Source of the DNA: Pseudovirgaria hyperparasitica | Lineage: Eukaryota | Assembly: GCA_010093815.1 (NCBI GenBank) | Contig: ML996565.1 | Reading direction: 5' to 3' (one strand) | DNA length: 64,000 nt | Shown here: one piece after another, positions 35,210-50,026 of the stretch | Numbering within the stretch: the first letter of the stretch is position 1 | Layout: each line of letters begins with the position of its first letter | The notes under the pieces: model-generated | What the model was told of the DNA's origin: nothing | The model's input: the letters and a program-made list of their open reading frames with translations, nothing else | Databases searched by the model: none | Program-made: the position numbers and the translations under genes

Positions 35210-36883
35210 TCAAGCCCGCTCAACCTTCAACATCAGTTTCTTCCCCCTCGGCCCTCCAAAGAATCCATCCCCTTGAGTCATGTCCCCAGCCTCATAGATC
35301 TCGGTCCGAAAATTGGTATACAACGCCGCAACGATATGTTTCATAGCTAGCATCATCAGCATACAAAAAACATATACTCGCCCACAGTAATCATCACTCC
35401 ACTCACAGAACATAGCAATGTTGCTTCCAATACACATTCGCCCACCACTTGAAAACGCCCAAAACCACCGTCTCATATCAGCAAGTTGCGTAGGCGATGC
35501 GTTTAGCCAGCGCTCTGGTCGCCACGTTTCTGGGTCTGGAAAGACGTCTGCATTGCGGTGTAGACAGTAGGCATAGCTCTGCACGCGCGTCCCGGCAGGA
35601 ATATTTTTGTAGCCAGCAAGCGTGCAAGCTGGAGATGGCGTCACACGTGGTTGGGCACCCGGTACGGAGGGCCATCGACGCAGAGTCTCGTGGATGATAG
35701 CGTCAAGCATAGGAAGAGCATCGAGGGCTTTAGGATCCGGAGGTTTGACAGTCGATATGGGGACTGAGAATGTGAATGTGAGTGAATTTGGGAGAGATAA
35801 TAGTTCGGCCCTCAGTCTGGATTGTAGCTCGAGGTTCTGTGAGAGCTCATAGAAGAGGTAGGTCAGTGTGTCGCCAGAAGTTTCGTGGGCAGCAGCTAAG
35901 TGATCGAGCATGTCGCTCGCGACGACGATTCGTTTGTCGTCAGTGAGTCGAGACCTCTTGTCCTGCGGGAGAGACAATTCACTGATTTTCTGCCGCAGAG
36001 TTTCGTAGACGACTGGTCGATCTTCATCTTCGATCCCACCTTGTATTGCATTCAAAATGGTCTCTTCAGCTCTGTCCAGCAATCCCAAATTCCAGTCTTC
36101 GATAGCCTTGATTGCAACGCTCGAAGAATTGTCCAACCCCTTAAGACTGAAACGTTCAATCCAGAAATTGATCCTTGGTATCTCAGTGGTCCAGAAGATT
36201 GTCGAACGTGGGCGAAAGAAGTTATCTAAAAACGAGTCGCGCTTCTCGACGTCCTGGATGAGGTTGCTGCCGGTCTTCGAGCCATATTGATATCCCATGA
36301 ACATGTCCATGGCAGAGGCGAAGTTGAGGGGATACACATCTAGCGGAACCCTCTCATCCGCATGTTTCGACCAAAGTGGCAGAAGCCTATCAAACAAGAC
36401 ATGCTTAGCATGGTTACGAAAATTTGGCGAGGCCAGGACCGTAGACTTGGAATACACATGGCTTAGCATGCGCTTTCGAACGGCATGTGGTTTGCTGTGT
36501 TTCATCGTGAACATTGTATCGACGCCATAGTTGGAAAACCTGTTGAAGTACCAGTCAGGCTTATCAAAGCCAGCACCATAGATTGTCTTTATACCTCCCT
36601 CGTAGCAATTAACACTAAGTTCTGTTGGCCCTATACGGACAATCGATCCTTTGGTCTGATGCAGAGTCCAGACCGTCGTGTTTTCGAGTTCGTAAAGCTT
36701 GATATACCAACTCCATAGCGGGCAGAAAGGAGATGACCAGTGAGCTGCTGGTATCCTTGCGAGTGGAGAGATAAAACCTGGATGGACTATGAACTTGTAG
36801 ACGAGGAAAGAGACGAGGGCACAAGTGATGAGATAGCTCAGGCGAACAGAATGATCGCTCAACATGCTCAACAAGATTTGCAT
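35210..36883 (-). CDS. Cytochrome P450 monooxygenase
   Basis: N-terminal anchor then SPLARIP, VRIGPTELS, I-helix AAHETS, ETLR, PERW and heme motif FSSGGRMCIG. One 60-nt intron at 35347-35406. Start is ATG 36883 or 36865. Confidence 0.92.
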   Translation of the reverse strand: MQILLSMLSDHSVRLSYLITCALVSFLVYKFIVHPGFISPLARIPAAHWSSPFCPLWSWYIKLYELENTTVWTLHQTKGSIVRIGPTELSVNCYEGGIKTIYGAGFDKPDWYFNRFSNYGVDTMFTMKHSKPHAVRKRMLSHVYSKSTVLASPNFRNHAKHVLFDRLLPLWSKHADERVPLDVYPLNFASAMDMFMGYQYGSKTGSNLIQDVEKRDSFLDNFFRPRSTIFWTTEIPRINFWIERFSLKGLDNSSSVAIKAIEDWNLGLLDRAEETILNAIQGGIEDEDRPVVYETLRQKISELSLPQDKRSRLTDDKRIVVASDMLDHLAAAHETSGDTLTYLFYELSQNLELQSRLRAELLSLPNSLTFTFSVPISTVKPPDPKALDALPMLDAIIHETLRRWPSVPGAQPRVTPSPACTLAGYKNIPAGTRVQSYAYCLHRNADVFPDPETWRPERWLNASPTQLADMRRWFWAFSSGGRMCIGSNIAMFCEWSDDYCGRVYVFCMLMMLAMKHIVAALYTNFRTEIYEAGDMTQGDGFFGGPRGKKLMLKVERA

Positions 36884-37818
36884 TGAAACGCCAGCCTGGT
36901 GTTGACATTGTTTGACCCCGCAGTGGTACTTATACATTACACTGGCTGACGGGCTTATTACGCAGGCCTTGAATGAGCTTTTGGCTGCAGCTCTTTGCCC
37001 TATCGCATGCACTTGTGGGTAACATATCTAACGCTTGTTCTATACACATGTTACCAGTCTTTGTCTGCTAGAGCCGTAAGGATCAAACAGCCGAACTATA
37101 GGTAAACTACTGTGGACGTTATGCGAAGGCTCTTCCGTGGTCGGCGCTCGTCTTATCTTTATACCAAACCGTTGATGGTGATTGAATGTGCACATGACGC
37201 TCCAAAATGCCTCAGCAGAGTACACTTAAGGTTGAGTACAACACCAGCGTCGTGCTTTGCTCACGGGCTGTAGCCGATAGATTGTCATGTTTTAGACAAC
37301 CAGAACGAGGCCAGCAAAAGAACCCAAGCTATCTAGCAATACCTGAAGCAGTGTAAATCGGTCCTTATCGGGACGGCATCTCCGAACACTTCTGTCTGCA
37401 TATAATCGGCACTCTGCCTATGAGCAGTGATAAATACTCGAGATCCTTAATGTGGTCTCGAGTGAAAATGAACGCATTCCCAAAATAGGGAGATGTCAGA
37501 TCTGAGGCTGTGTGATGTTTGTTCCATGCATTGCTTCGCCTGCAACTGCTAAGCGTCTAGATACAGACATCAAAGAAGACGCCATAAATTCCCCAAACCG
37601 CGCTCTAAGGGTTGCATTGCTGTGCTTAAGATTCAAGGCTTGATATTTGCCCCTTCGACCTGATGCCTCAGTTCCAAAGATTTCTTCGACCGTTGCAGTA
37701 AGCTCCGTTGACCATAAACTTATGCTGGTCATTTTGTTTGCATCTTGACGTCCTTAGCGCTATGGCAAGAACTGTTTACGACCCCATACCACCAAGACAG
37801 ATGAATTGCTCAGTTCTT

Positions 37819-40012
37819 TTAAGTCTGCCTGTCACCAAGGGCCCCTTCAAATGCTGGGTCTCTGACACTACCACCGGCATCTCCTAGCCCGGCTACTGGT
37901 CGGTTGTAGGACCACCCTGCGAACTGCTGTTGCATGGTTTGCGACAGCATGGGACCATCAACATATGAATCGGTGGGCGCCTCTGACGTGAATTCACGGT
38001 CAAAGTTTGCGGTATCACGTTGATCGACCTTTACGCGCATTAACTTCTGTGCAACTCGCATGGCAATTTGCGACGACTTACGACACTAGGTTTGAAACTG
38101 GGCTCATATTTACGATCTAGAAGTTTTCTCCAGTCAATGCTGTGAAAGAAGTAGTGAGCCTTGATCTCAGCTGCGCCCTTTGCTCCTAACCGCTTCTCAG
38201 CATTACGGTTGAGCAAACCTTCTAATAGGTTGCGTGCTGCAGGGGGCACGATCTCAGGTCCTGGGAAATGCAGAGGCTCTGTCAGGATCTTGCGGTACAT
38301 GTCGTTGGTGTTTTCGTCGTAAAATGGTGGCAGACCAGTCAACATTTCATACAAGAGAACGCCGAGGGTCCACCAATCTACAGTTTTGGTGTACCCAGCT
38401 CCGGTCAGTAACTCTGGGGCAAGATATTCGGGGGTACCACAGAATGCTAAGCCATATTAGAAAGTGGCCACACATCATTCGATAGACTTACTGTTCGTCC
38501 TGTCCTCGTCCTTCATGTCGAGCTTGCACAGTCCGAAATCGCAGAGTGCAATATGCCCCGTGTAGTCAAGTAGGATGTTTTCTGGTTTCAGGTCTCGATA
38601 GATTACATTGAAGCCATGTAGACACTCAAGCGCGCATAGAAGCTCGGCGGCGTAGAAGCGTGCGCGATTGATGTCGAATCGTTGTTCTTTTTGCAGGTGG
38701 TGGAACAGCTCGCCACCGTTCACGAAAGCCAGAACCAGGTACAGCTTCTCTGGCGACTGAAAGGAGAATTTCAGCGGGACAATAAACGGATTGTTTATCT
38801 GTGCAAGTACAGAACGCTCTGCTAGAGTATGAGCGACCTCTGACCTAGAGATAATATGTGCTTTTCGAATGGTCTTAAGAGCGTATATCCGGTGTGTATC
38901 CTTCTTCCTGTGTTTATCTTGTTAAGCGAGTTTCCATAGAGGAGTCGTTTAACAATGACTTACTGCACTTGCATGACTTTTCCAAAGCTACCCTTGCCAA
39001 CGACCTTCAGAAGCTCAAAGTCCTCAATCTTGAGTGAGCGTTGGCGGCTCTCAACAAATTGAACACCAATTTTTACTGAGCCTGTTCCGTATTGTACCTC
39101 TAGCCAATCTGCGCCACTTTGACCCAGTTGGCGATCTGATTCGCCAGCAGCAGCTTTGTCCTTCTTACTTGCTTTAGGGTCCTCTTGTGAAATACGCACT
39201 TCCTCGAATCGCGGCGTCACTTTGCAGGTGCCAATGAAGATGTCTTCGTTTCGCCCTGCATTTGGCGGTGCGTTTGGATTGCGAATGTAAAGTGATACTG
39301 AGACATCGGTCGTTCTCGAGACATCGAACTTGTACTGTGTATTGTCGCCAGCCCAGATTGGATTTTCCGGTGTGCCTGACACTGCATTGACGAAAACTTG
39401 CTGTTTGTCAAAGTCTACCAGCGCGTATGGGAGATGTTTTGAAGAATATCGGCCGTGAATTGTAGGGGCGGCATTGATGCTCCCAGCAGCAGATTGAGGT
39501 CTACCTGACGCGGTGTAGGATCCAGCCACAGCGCTTTGGTTTCGAGAAGCGTTTGGGCGGGCAGAGCCGGCTACGGAGAACCCACCGCCAGTTGACAGTG
39601 ATCCTTGGTGATGACTCTGTCCAAATGCCTGCTCTGCGCCAGGGGGGAGGGAAAAGCTCTTTCCCTCATGCATTGTAACTATGAGAATACCGGGTTTGAG
39701 AGGGGCGGGAGCCGGGGTCGCAATCGCCTCGGATGCAGCTGCAATATATCAGCTCCTGTTCATGATTATAGATTTGTATACGCACCGATGCCATTTGCAT
39801 CTTTCTCTGTCGAGGTCTTGGGCGTTGAGCCGTCAGATGATTTTGCATTCTTCTCGTCAACTATAGTAGACGTCGATGACGAGCGACTGAATGTATTCGC
39901 TAGAGGAGCCAAGTGGGTCTCCTTCAGCTCTGTAATGATGATTAGCATTGCTCCAGACAGACGGTATGATCTTGGACATACTTTTGGTAACACTTGGAAG
40001 CTTCCACGACAT
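37819..40012 (-). CDS. YPK1: AGC family Ser/Thr kinase Ypk1/Gad8, multi-exon
   Basis: MSWKLPSVTK|KLKETHLAPL N-terminus (intron 39930-39981), C2-like region, GKGSFGKV, YRDLKPEN, DFG, FCGTPEYLAPE and hydrophobic motif FAGWSY. Confidence 0.94.
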
Positions 40013-40750
40013 ACTGAGAAGCTATTTGAGCCAGCGAAATAGCAATATGGGGGTGTGTGTGGTATATCGTTCGACGATCGAGGAAGGAGGTGAAGTGCAC
40101 GGGTTCCCCCTCTTTCGACCTGGCACAGTAGAAGGGACGACGCAAGTGCGGGCAAGGGACAGAGCGGATGCTGTGCAAAGAGAGGAGGGAGTAGGTTGCG
40201 AGAGGATACAGGCGACAGTAAGGAGAAGAATGAATTGTCTGAAGAATAGTACTGGTCGGTCTGTAAGACACACAGTACACGGGAAAGCGTGGAAGTGGAT
40301 TTGGGCTTTGGGCTTTGGGCCTTTCGGTCTTATGTGATAACTAACGTTCCTTAGATGGGCGAAATGAGGGCGCCGCCAAGACCGACTGAGCCACGCCGCG
40401 CGCCACTTCCCCGCGGTCAAGCTTGATAGGCAGCACTTGTGGACGTGAAAACGAACTCTTGACCCCCTTTGAGGCGGACTGGCGCGTTGTTTCATCAAAT
40501 TTCCATCAGAGTTCATCGTCATTCATCTTCAATGGGACCCAGTTACTGCCATTAAGCTCTTGCACAGCACTCGTTGTCCCCCTCTCTCACTGCTCGCGTC
40601 TCAGTCACTACCGAAGTGAACTCGTGTACACAGCCACCTCCGACCGCCTAGAGCTGTGGCGCGCGATCGCGGCAACGCGCCGACCTCACCACAATCAGAT
40701 TACGCAACGTCCTGGTCTGAATACGTGGCAGACTTGATGAGCGCATCGCA

Positions 40751-42370
40751 ATGGTCGCTATAACGAAGAAGACGGGTGCGCGAGGTACCAGCGGGGGGTT
40801 CAAGTTCATCTGCGATGTCTGTTCGGCCGATATCACGTCAACAGTGCGTACTCTTTCCGCCCTTGTGAAGTGAATGCTAATGCACACGTTTTAGGTGCGC
40901 ATTGCCTGCGATACCCTATGTGAAAACTTCCACCTCTGTGTACCCTGCTTTTCCGAGGGCAAGACGACACATAATCATGATCCACAAACCCACAAGTTCA
41001 AAGTTCAAGAACAACATTCTATACCCATCTACACTGAAGATTGGGGTGCGGATGAAGAGCTAGCACTCCTCGAAGGCGCAGAAACGTACGGTCTAGGCTC
41101 CTGGGCCGACATCGCTGATCATATTGGTGGCTATCGTACGAAAGACGAGGTCCGGGATCATTATCTTGAGACGTACATCAACAGCTCGAAATTTCCTCTA
41201 CCCGAGCACGCGGACATCAACGACAAGGAGCTGAGCACAAGGATACCTAGAGAAGAGTTTCAGGCGCGAAAGAAACGGAGGATAGAGGAGAGGAAGGAAG
41301 AAGCCAAGAATGCACCACCTGCCACCCCAAAGCAGAAGCCCACCGCCAGTGTGCCGTCGTGCCATGAGGTCCAAGGTTACATGCCCGGTCGACTCGAATT
41401 CGAAACAGAATATTTCAATGAGGCCGAAGAAGCGGTCCAGCACATGCAATTTGAACCAGGAGACGGCCTCAACGAACATGGCCAAGAAGAACCAGAGATG
41501 CACCTCAAGATGACAGTCATGGACATCTACAATTCACGTCTTACCGCACGTGTTGAGAGAAAGAAGATAATTTTCGAACACAAGCTATTGGAATATCGAA
41601 AAAATCAAGCCCAAGATAAGAAGAGAACGAAGGAGCAAAAGGATCTCATGAATAAAGCGAAACCATTTGCACGGATGATGAAGCATGAGGACTTTGAGGA
41701 ATTCTGCCAAGGCTTAGAATATGAGCATGATCTCCGCCTAGCAATCACACAGCTCCAGGAGTGGCGTTCAGTTCAGATCGGCGAGCTGAGAGCTGGTGAA
41801 AAATACGAACACGAGAAGTTCCAGCGTCAGTCACGACCTCCAGCTGTAGGACAATTTGATCGTATGGCGACAAACCGGAACGCTAAGCCAGCTGCTCAAA
41901 CTGCAGAGGGGCCCACGGCGAACAGCCTCACCGCCCCAAACCTCGAAATTCCCTTCCGGTCTTCGACGAACGGAGTCATCACACCTCCGACATCGGTATC
42001 CTCGAATGGCAACACGGTCAACGGCACATCACTCCACACCAACGGCGTTCCTACGCCGCAGGCTGCAAATATCGCCAGCAAACCCAAATTCTCTGTTCAG
42101 CCTCTTCCGAATACTGTTCCACTGAAGTTCGAGAAGGTAGCCGCTCCTGACCTACAACTGCTGACCGAGGAAGAGCGCGAGCTCTGTAGTGCATTGCGCA
42201 TCATGCCAAAACCCTACATGGCTATCAAAGAGAACATGTTCAAAGAAGCGCTCAAATCCGGTGGTATGCTAAAGAAGAAAACAGCAAAAGAGATCAGTAA
42301 GATAGACGCCGCCAAAGTAGGCAAGCTATTTGACTTTTTCGTACATAGCGGATGGATAGGCAAGGCTTGA
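40751..42370 (+). CDS. ADA2: SAGA/ADA complex transcriptional adaptor Ada2
   Basis: ZZ finger (CDVC|..C..C..LCVPCF; intron 40844-40894), [36 protein letters not shown] and C-terminal SWIRM domain. Confidence 0.94.
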
Positions 42371-43158
42371 TCATTCCCGCACTGTCAATTAACATTCAAT
42401 CGGAGTTTGCGTGGCGTTGTCTGTATACCCTGCAGTCATTGGCTGCCGGATGGAGTTCTGCTTCTATGGGAAAGTAGATGGTTGGCCATTGTGTTGTTCA
42501 TCTATTACATCCAGAAAAATGGGAAGACACGACGTCGTATCCTGTCGAATGGTTGAAGCGAAAACTTTCAGGTTGTCCTATGGTTCTTTGACCAACATCA
42601 CTACTATGCCCTGTAATGAATTAATGAATGGATGAATGATAGGCAGTGGTGGGGCTGTTAATGTTGTGAGAGTCGGACATGCAGTATTCCTGGCATTGTC
42701 CAATGATTGAGCACCATCACAGACGCCCCGCCTGGACGCGGGGCAGCAGTTGCATCACCAACAAAACAGTCGGTGTCAATCGGTTCCCCACCATCATCAC
42801 AACATTTTCCGACTCATCCTCCTTGGAAAGATCGTTTTAACCATCTCATACCTCGAGTCCAAATCACTGATCCAAGTTTTACTTTACTTTTCAATTGGTA
42901 AGTACTTCTGGAAGACATTTTGTCCAACATCTGGATGACTGCGGCGTCAAGCTCTATCAAAGCATTAGCGCCACCCATATAACACGAATATACAATTCTC
43001 CGTATGGATGAGCCACTGTGTTGCGCACTCACCCTCCAAGATAGACAGCTTGTGAGAGGGGCTGGATATCGTATTGTCATTAAATGGCCCGATTCTAACT
43101 CCATTCTATACCAATATGTATGAAAAATGGCTAACAAGCCTTCATTCACAGATTCAAG

Positions 43159-44966
<1,808 letters not shown>

Positions 44967-45317
44967 ATGAGAGCTTATCGAGTAGTTATGACAGGGCTTG
45001 ACCCTCGTGAAGTGAGAAGCCACGAATGAAAAGCATATATATTCGAAATATCATGACTCGGAATGCCTTTCTAGCTATCTGTACCGTAGATAGCCTCCAA
45101 TATAGACTTGGTTCAAAGCAATGGAGATTGCTATGAGTATTCCTGTGTACCTCCAATCTCTAGGCGCTACCTAAAGTAGCACTCTAACCTTGTTCTATAT
45201 GTTTAATCTTAGAAATTATCTAGTCTTAAATCGCGGCCCTCGGCGTGTGGCCAGCTGTATCCTCCGTAGGATGGCTCGTTCGCAGTCTAATATCTATCAT
45301 GTCTCAAAGGACATGTT

Positions 45318-47019
45318 CTAAGTAGCCACCTTTTCAAGGTCCACGATCTCTTCCTCCTTCTGTCCCAACTTCGCAAACGCCTTCGCCCTCGTCTCCTCAT
45401 CTATCCTGCTCGACCGAATGACAGTCCGGTTCTCGGCATTCAAGCCCATGCACACCCTCGGATTCTCAAAGAACATCTGATCAATCTGCTCCAACGTGCG
45501 CCCGGACGTCTCGACGCCAAAGAAGTACGTCAACGGCACAAAGCTCGCACAGACAACGGCCCAGATCCAGAAGTAATGGCCGCCGATGCTCTCGAGGCCG
45601 ATCGGGGTGACCATGACGACGACAAAGTTGCTCATCCAGTGGCTGAAGACGCCGACGGCGGTGGCCTTGTTGCGGACGCGCAGCGGCTGGATCTCGGCGG
45701 AGTAGGACCAGGACACGGGCAGGATGCCGAGGGTGAAGCAGTCGAGGTAGATGAACATGAAGGCGACGCCGGCGGCGGCGGCGGCGTAGGTCTTTGCGGC
45801 GAGGCAGCCGGCGAGCAGGGCCATGCAGACGGCGCAGGCGGTCGAGGAGGCCATGACGGACCAGCGGCGGCCGATGCGGTCGATGTAGAAATAGGGCGGC
45901 CAGGAGAAGATGGCGTATTGGGTGAAGGCGACGCCGGCGAGGATGAGGGCCATGCTTTGCGAGTAGTGCAGGTATTCTTGCAGGATGTAGGCGAGGTAGT
46001 AGCAGAGGGCCTGTGGGGATTGTTAGGAGAGAGGGGGAGGGTATGGGTTAGAGAGTTAGAGAGAGGAGAGGCTTACGTTGATGCCGCTCCATTGATTCAT
46101 CATGTAGGGACCCATGCCGAGCAGGACACGGTGGAGGTTGCGGGTCTTGGTGCCGTTCGTGAAGACCTCTGACCATGTCGGCTCTCCTTCTGTGCTTTCG
46201 GCAGCAATGGCGTCAAGGATCTCGTTGAGTTGGCCTTCAACTTCTGCGTCGTCCGTGGGCTTGTCGAGGAGGCGAGAGATGACCTCACGAGCCTATACGG
46301 CACGTTCAGTTTAGTTCAGCTAAAAGCAGCAAACATCACATACCTTATCATTCTGCCCCCTCGAGGCCAGCCAACGAGGGGTCTCAGGCAGGAAAGGGCA
46401 GAAGGCCAGAATGATGAGCGAGAACAAGCACTGGCAAGCAACAGGAAACCGCCACTGCAAGGAGCTCTCCGCATGCAGCGTAGCAAAGCACAGCCAGGAC
46501 GCAATCGCAACACCGATGATGATGAGCGCAGACTGAACGACCAGGAGCGCGCCTCTGTTATGCGCCTGCAGAGTCTCCGACTGCAAAATCGGCACGGCAA
46601 CGGTCGAAAGCCCAACGCCCACGCCGGCTATGATGCGGGCCACCACCATCTGAGCGTAGGAATAAGACGCAGTCTGAATCGCAGCCCCAATAATGACAAT
46701 CACGTTAGCCGCGATAATAGACTTCTTCCGCCCGATGCGCTCTCCAAAAACAAACGCAGCGACCGCACCTATGGCACACCCAATGTCATAGACAGCGGTC
46801 ACAAGGCCGGTCATGGTGGAATTCGGGCGTCCCAGCATGTCCTGGAATCGCGAGCCTGCGAGAATGCCTCCAAAGAGACCCTGATCGTACTATCAAAACC
46901 GTCAGTAGTGGACATGTCTTATCTAGAGAGGAGCATACCCCGAATAGAAGGAAATCAAGTCCCGAAGTGATAAGGATCATGGCAACGAGGGCGCGCCCCC
47001 GCAGTTCAAAGAAACCCAT
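45318..47019 (-). CDS. MFS sugar porter (STL1-like), multi-exon
   Basis: LLFG|YDQG, GERIGRK, ARIIAGVGVG, WRFPVA, PETPRWL, QWSGIN, DRIGRR, YSAEIQPLRVR and ETSGRTLEQID. Confidence 0.9.
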
Positions 47020-47604
47020 CGTGAACGTCGTGGAAGAATAGTAGTTGAGCTGAGCAGTCCGTGGACAGCGTTGCAGACTTTTAAGGCGCAACGGTTTGAA
47101 TCAGCACGAGACAAGAGCGAGAAAAAAAAAACCATCTAGAGAGGACATAGGGCGGCACAGTGCGTTGTATACATGCACGTAGAATCCATGTTCGGCCCTT
47201 CGAGTGGGTATGTCGTTGACGTCGTGCTCAGATAGAGGCAGGCGAATGAAAGTGACCCACAATATGCGGAGATGGTGAGGAGGAGGGTAAAGCTGGGGTC
47301 TGGAGCAGATCTTTGTATCTGCCCAACTGTTGTGTGTTGTGGTGGAGGAACTGTTGGAAGGATGGTGCTCCGGATGTCGGATTGGTGCAATGATACCGGG
47401 GATCCCTCCAAGTTCCACTCACGGGCATTTGACCCCCGTCCGGTGTCAAGACTCGAAACTCGCAATTCACCACTAAAGACTCATGACTGTAGCGCAGAAG
47501 AGAAACGGTCCGTCGTTTCAATCGTATCATTATCATTATATCAAGTGCCGCCGGCCCGGACAGCGCTTCTGAAGCTATAACAACCATGTACATCATACAT
47601 ACAT

Positions 47605-50026
47605 CTACACAGCATCATCACTCCCCCCAACCAGTCTCTCCGTCTCCTCTCCGTCCCTCTCCTCCCTCCTCATCCGCATGCGCCCAGGTAGCTCATACAG
47701 CGCAGTATAATCCACTTTCTCACCACCCAGCAGCGTCGTGCCATCATGCCGTCGCCCAAAGATCGGCGCCGGGTCAAGCCAGAAGTCCTTGCAATTTGTC
47801 ACAAGGCCGCGCTGGTAAGGATTCCGTGCAGCTTGCGCCTGCACCTCTGCAGCCCGGCTTCCATGTAGCGCTGTAGCAATGAATGTATCTAGACCTAGCA
47901 GTCGTTTCCACGTCTCCCACATGCCGTGTTTCGGGTGTCGATGCGCGTTTGCGGCGTCGGGCCCTGAGCCTGAGCTACTGACTGCGCCGCCTTCGGCGGT
48001 GGTGCTGCCGGTTGTGACGAAAGCGGTCAGAGTATCGCCGGTGCCATGAGTGTGCGTGTGACCGCGCATGGCTTCCCAGGTCGTGAGTGCGCGCGCAATT
48101 TGGAGTAATTGCACGCAGGTCAGCATCGTCACCCAAGTAAGTTGTAGGGTGGCCCAAAGGGTGAGGATGATAGTGAAGGGGTCCTTCATAAGAATGCCGC
48201 AGACTTCGTCCGCTAGAATGGTGCAATGGACATTCTTGGGGGTCGCAATATTGCTGAGGTCTAGATAGGGGAGTCAGTATAGTACGTGATGATGCAAATA
48301 CAGTCCTGGACGTACAGGCTAAAACAAGTCTGACAAAGGCCAGAATCCCTAATTCAAGGGTCAAGATATAGAGCACGAAGTGCCGATGGTTATTGACTGC
48401 AACGCAGTTGTTCACCCACGGACAGTGGCTGATTATGAGGATTAGCATACGAGTATCATGCAGAGAGACGAAAGACCTACTGATCTGTCTTCGCTACGCA
48501 GCGGTTGCATCTCTTGCAATGCTTCGCACGCAATGGCTTCCGCACCATACATTGTGTACAAAAATGGTTCTCATCAAATAGTCGTAGCTCCATCAGTTCC
48601 TCGATAACGGCCTTCTGCACCTGACGACTGCCAGGCTTTGGGACATAACCAGGGTCTTCAAACATAGTCGTAAAATAAAAGTACGTGCAAAGGCCGTAAG
48701 ACGCCATGAAGAAAGCATTATTAAAAATGTTGGACCATGAGTCCAACGTCCCTGTCTATGTAAGCACGTATTGGGACACACCGCCAGACACAACTTACAG
48801 AGAAGTATGCGTGTAATATATCGTAACCCAACCCAAAACAATGTACCGGCAAAGATGCCCGCAAGAAAAGGCTAACGACTTAAGTCAGAGACAGGCCATG
48901 GAAAGCGGACAGGTTGCAACTCACAGTCTTGTGTATCGTTTTCATGTCTGATGGTGCCCATCTCAAGGCCTGCTGCACCACCCACTGCAGTCCCCATGAA
49001 ACGATAAGTGTCAAAGGCACCGCTACTACCACCGAAAAAGTGCTTAAAATATACAACGCACATATTATTATCAAGAATGGCCAGAAGAAAAAAAGTTGCG
49101 ACAGGAACGCCTTCCTGTCCTTGATGTAATTCGCAAGCGGGAAGTGCTTCGGACTGCCATCGACATTGTATCCGCATTCAGATAGCGCTTTGTGCCATTG
49201 TCGCTCTGTATCCATCTCTTGTGCAGTGACCGCGGGTGTCTTCCCGTCGTTGTTCTCCGCGAAGCGGTCAGATCCGTACTCGACGAGCTTTTGAATGCAG
49301 GCTTGCGACCCTTTGACGAGAGCCCAATGTAAAGCAGTGAAGCCTTGATCATCCTTGGAAGAGACATTTGCGCCCCATCTTAAGAATAGATCCACGCAAG
49401 CCGGGAAACCTTTATAACACGCCCACATTAGGCTGGTGTGCCCTTCTCTGTCTGGAATGTCTACGGGTAGGTCTTGGTGAAGGAGTAGCACGAGCTGGAA
49501 GACGTTGCCGTCCAAGGTCGCGGAGTGGAGAAGGTTGAAGCCTTGATCGTCGGTAAGGAGAGGGTCAGCGCCGTGCTGGAGAAGGAGATTGACGATGTAG
49601 TAATGGCATCTCTTCGCAGCCCATAGGATGGGTGTAGCCACGGCATCGCCACCTTTCGCATTCAGGTTCGCTCCAGCTTGTATGAGGAAGTGACATAGCG
49701 CATAATGATTGTTTATTGCTGCCCACTGAAAATTCAGTTAGCCATCGTTTTCATGCTGTCTCGAGTCTTCTTGTTCCTACATGAAGGGGCGTGATGCCTT
49801 GATCATCGACGTACGTCGCATCAACCTTCCCAGCGTCAAAAAGCTTCTGAATAGCGCCAATCTCGCCCAGTCTCGCCAGCTGCATTATGTCCTCCTCAAT
49901 CGGTAAAGGCGTCGGCTGTGCAGCCATGTCTTTGAGCTCGACATTATGCGCGGAACCGACTGCGGCCTTGTTCGTAGGAAGTAATGCTTCATTGCGCGCC
50001 GTCTCCGTGGACGCGCCTCCCGACAT
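47605..50026 (-). CDS. AKR1: Ankyrin-repeat DHHC palmitoyltransferase Akr1, multi-exon
   Basis: Ankyrin repeats ([29 protein letters not shown]), TM segments, and [29 protein letters not shown] (DHHC split by an intron). Confidence 0.93.

Noticed and set aside
22850..37050. Starship or other intact mobile element, or a secondary-metabolite cluster
   Set aside because: No tyrosine recombinase captain, transposase, RT, LTR or TIR was visible, and there is no PKS, NRPS or terpene synthase backbone gene.
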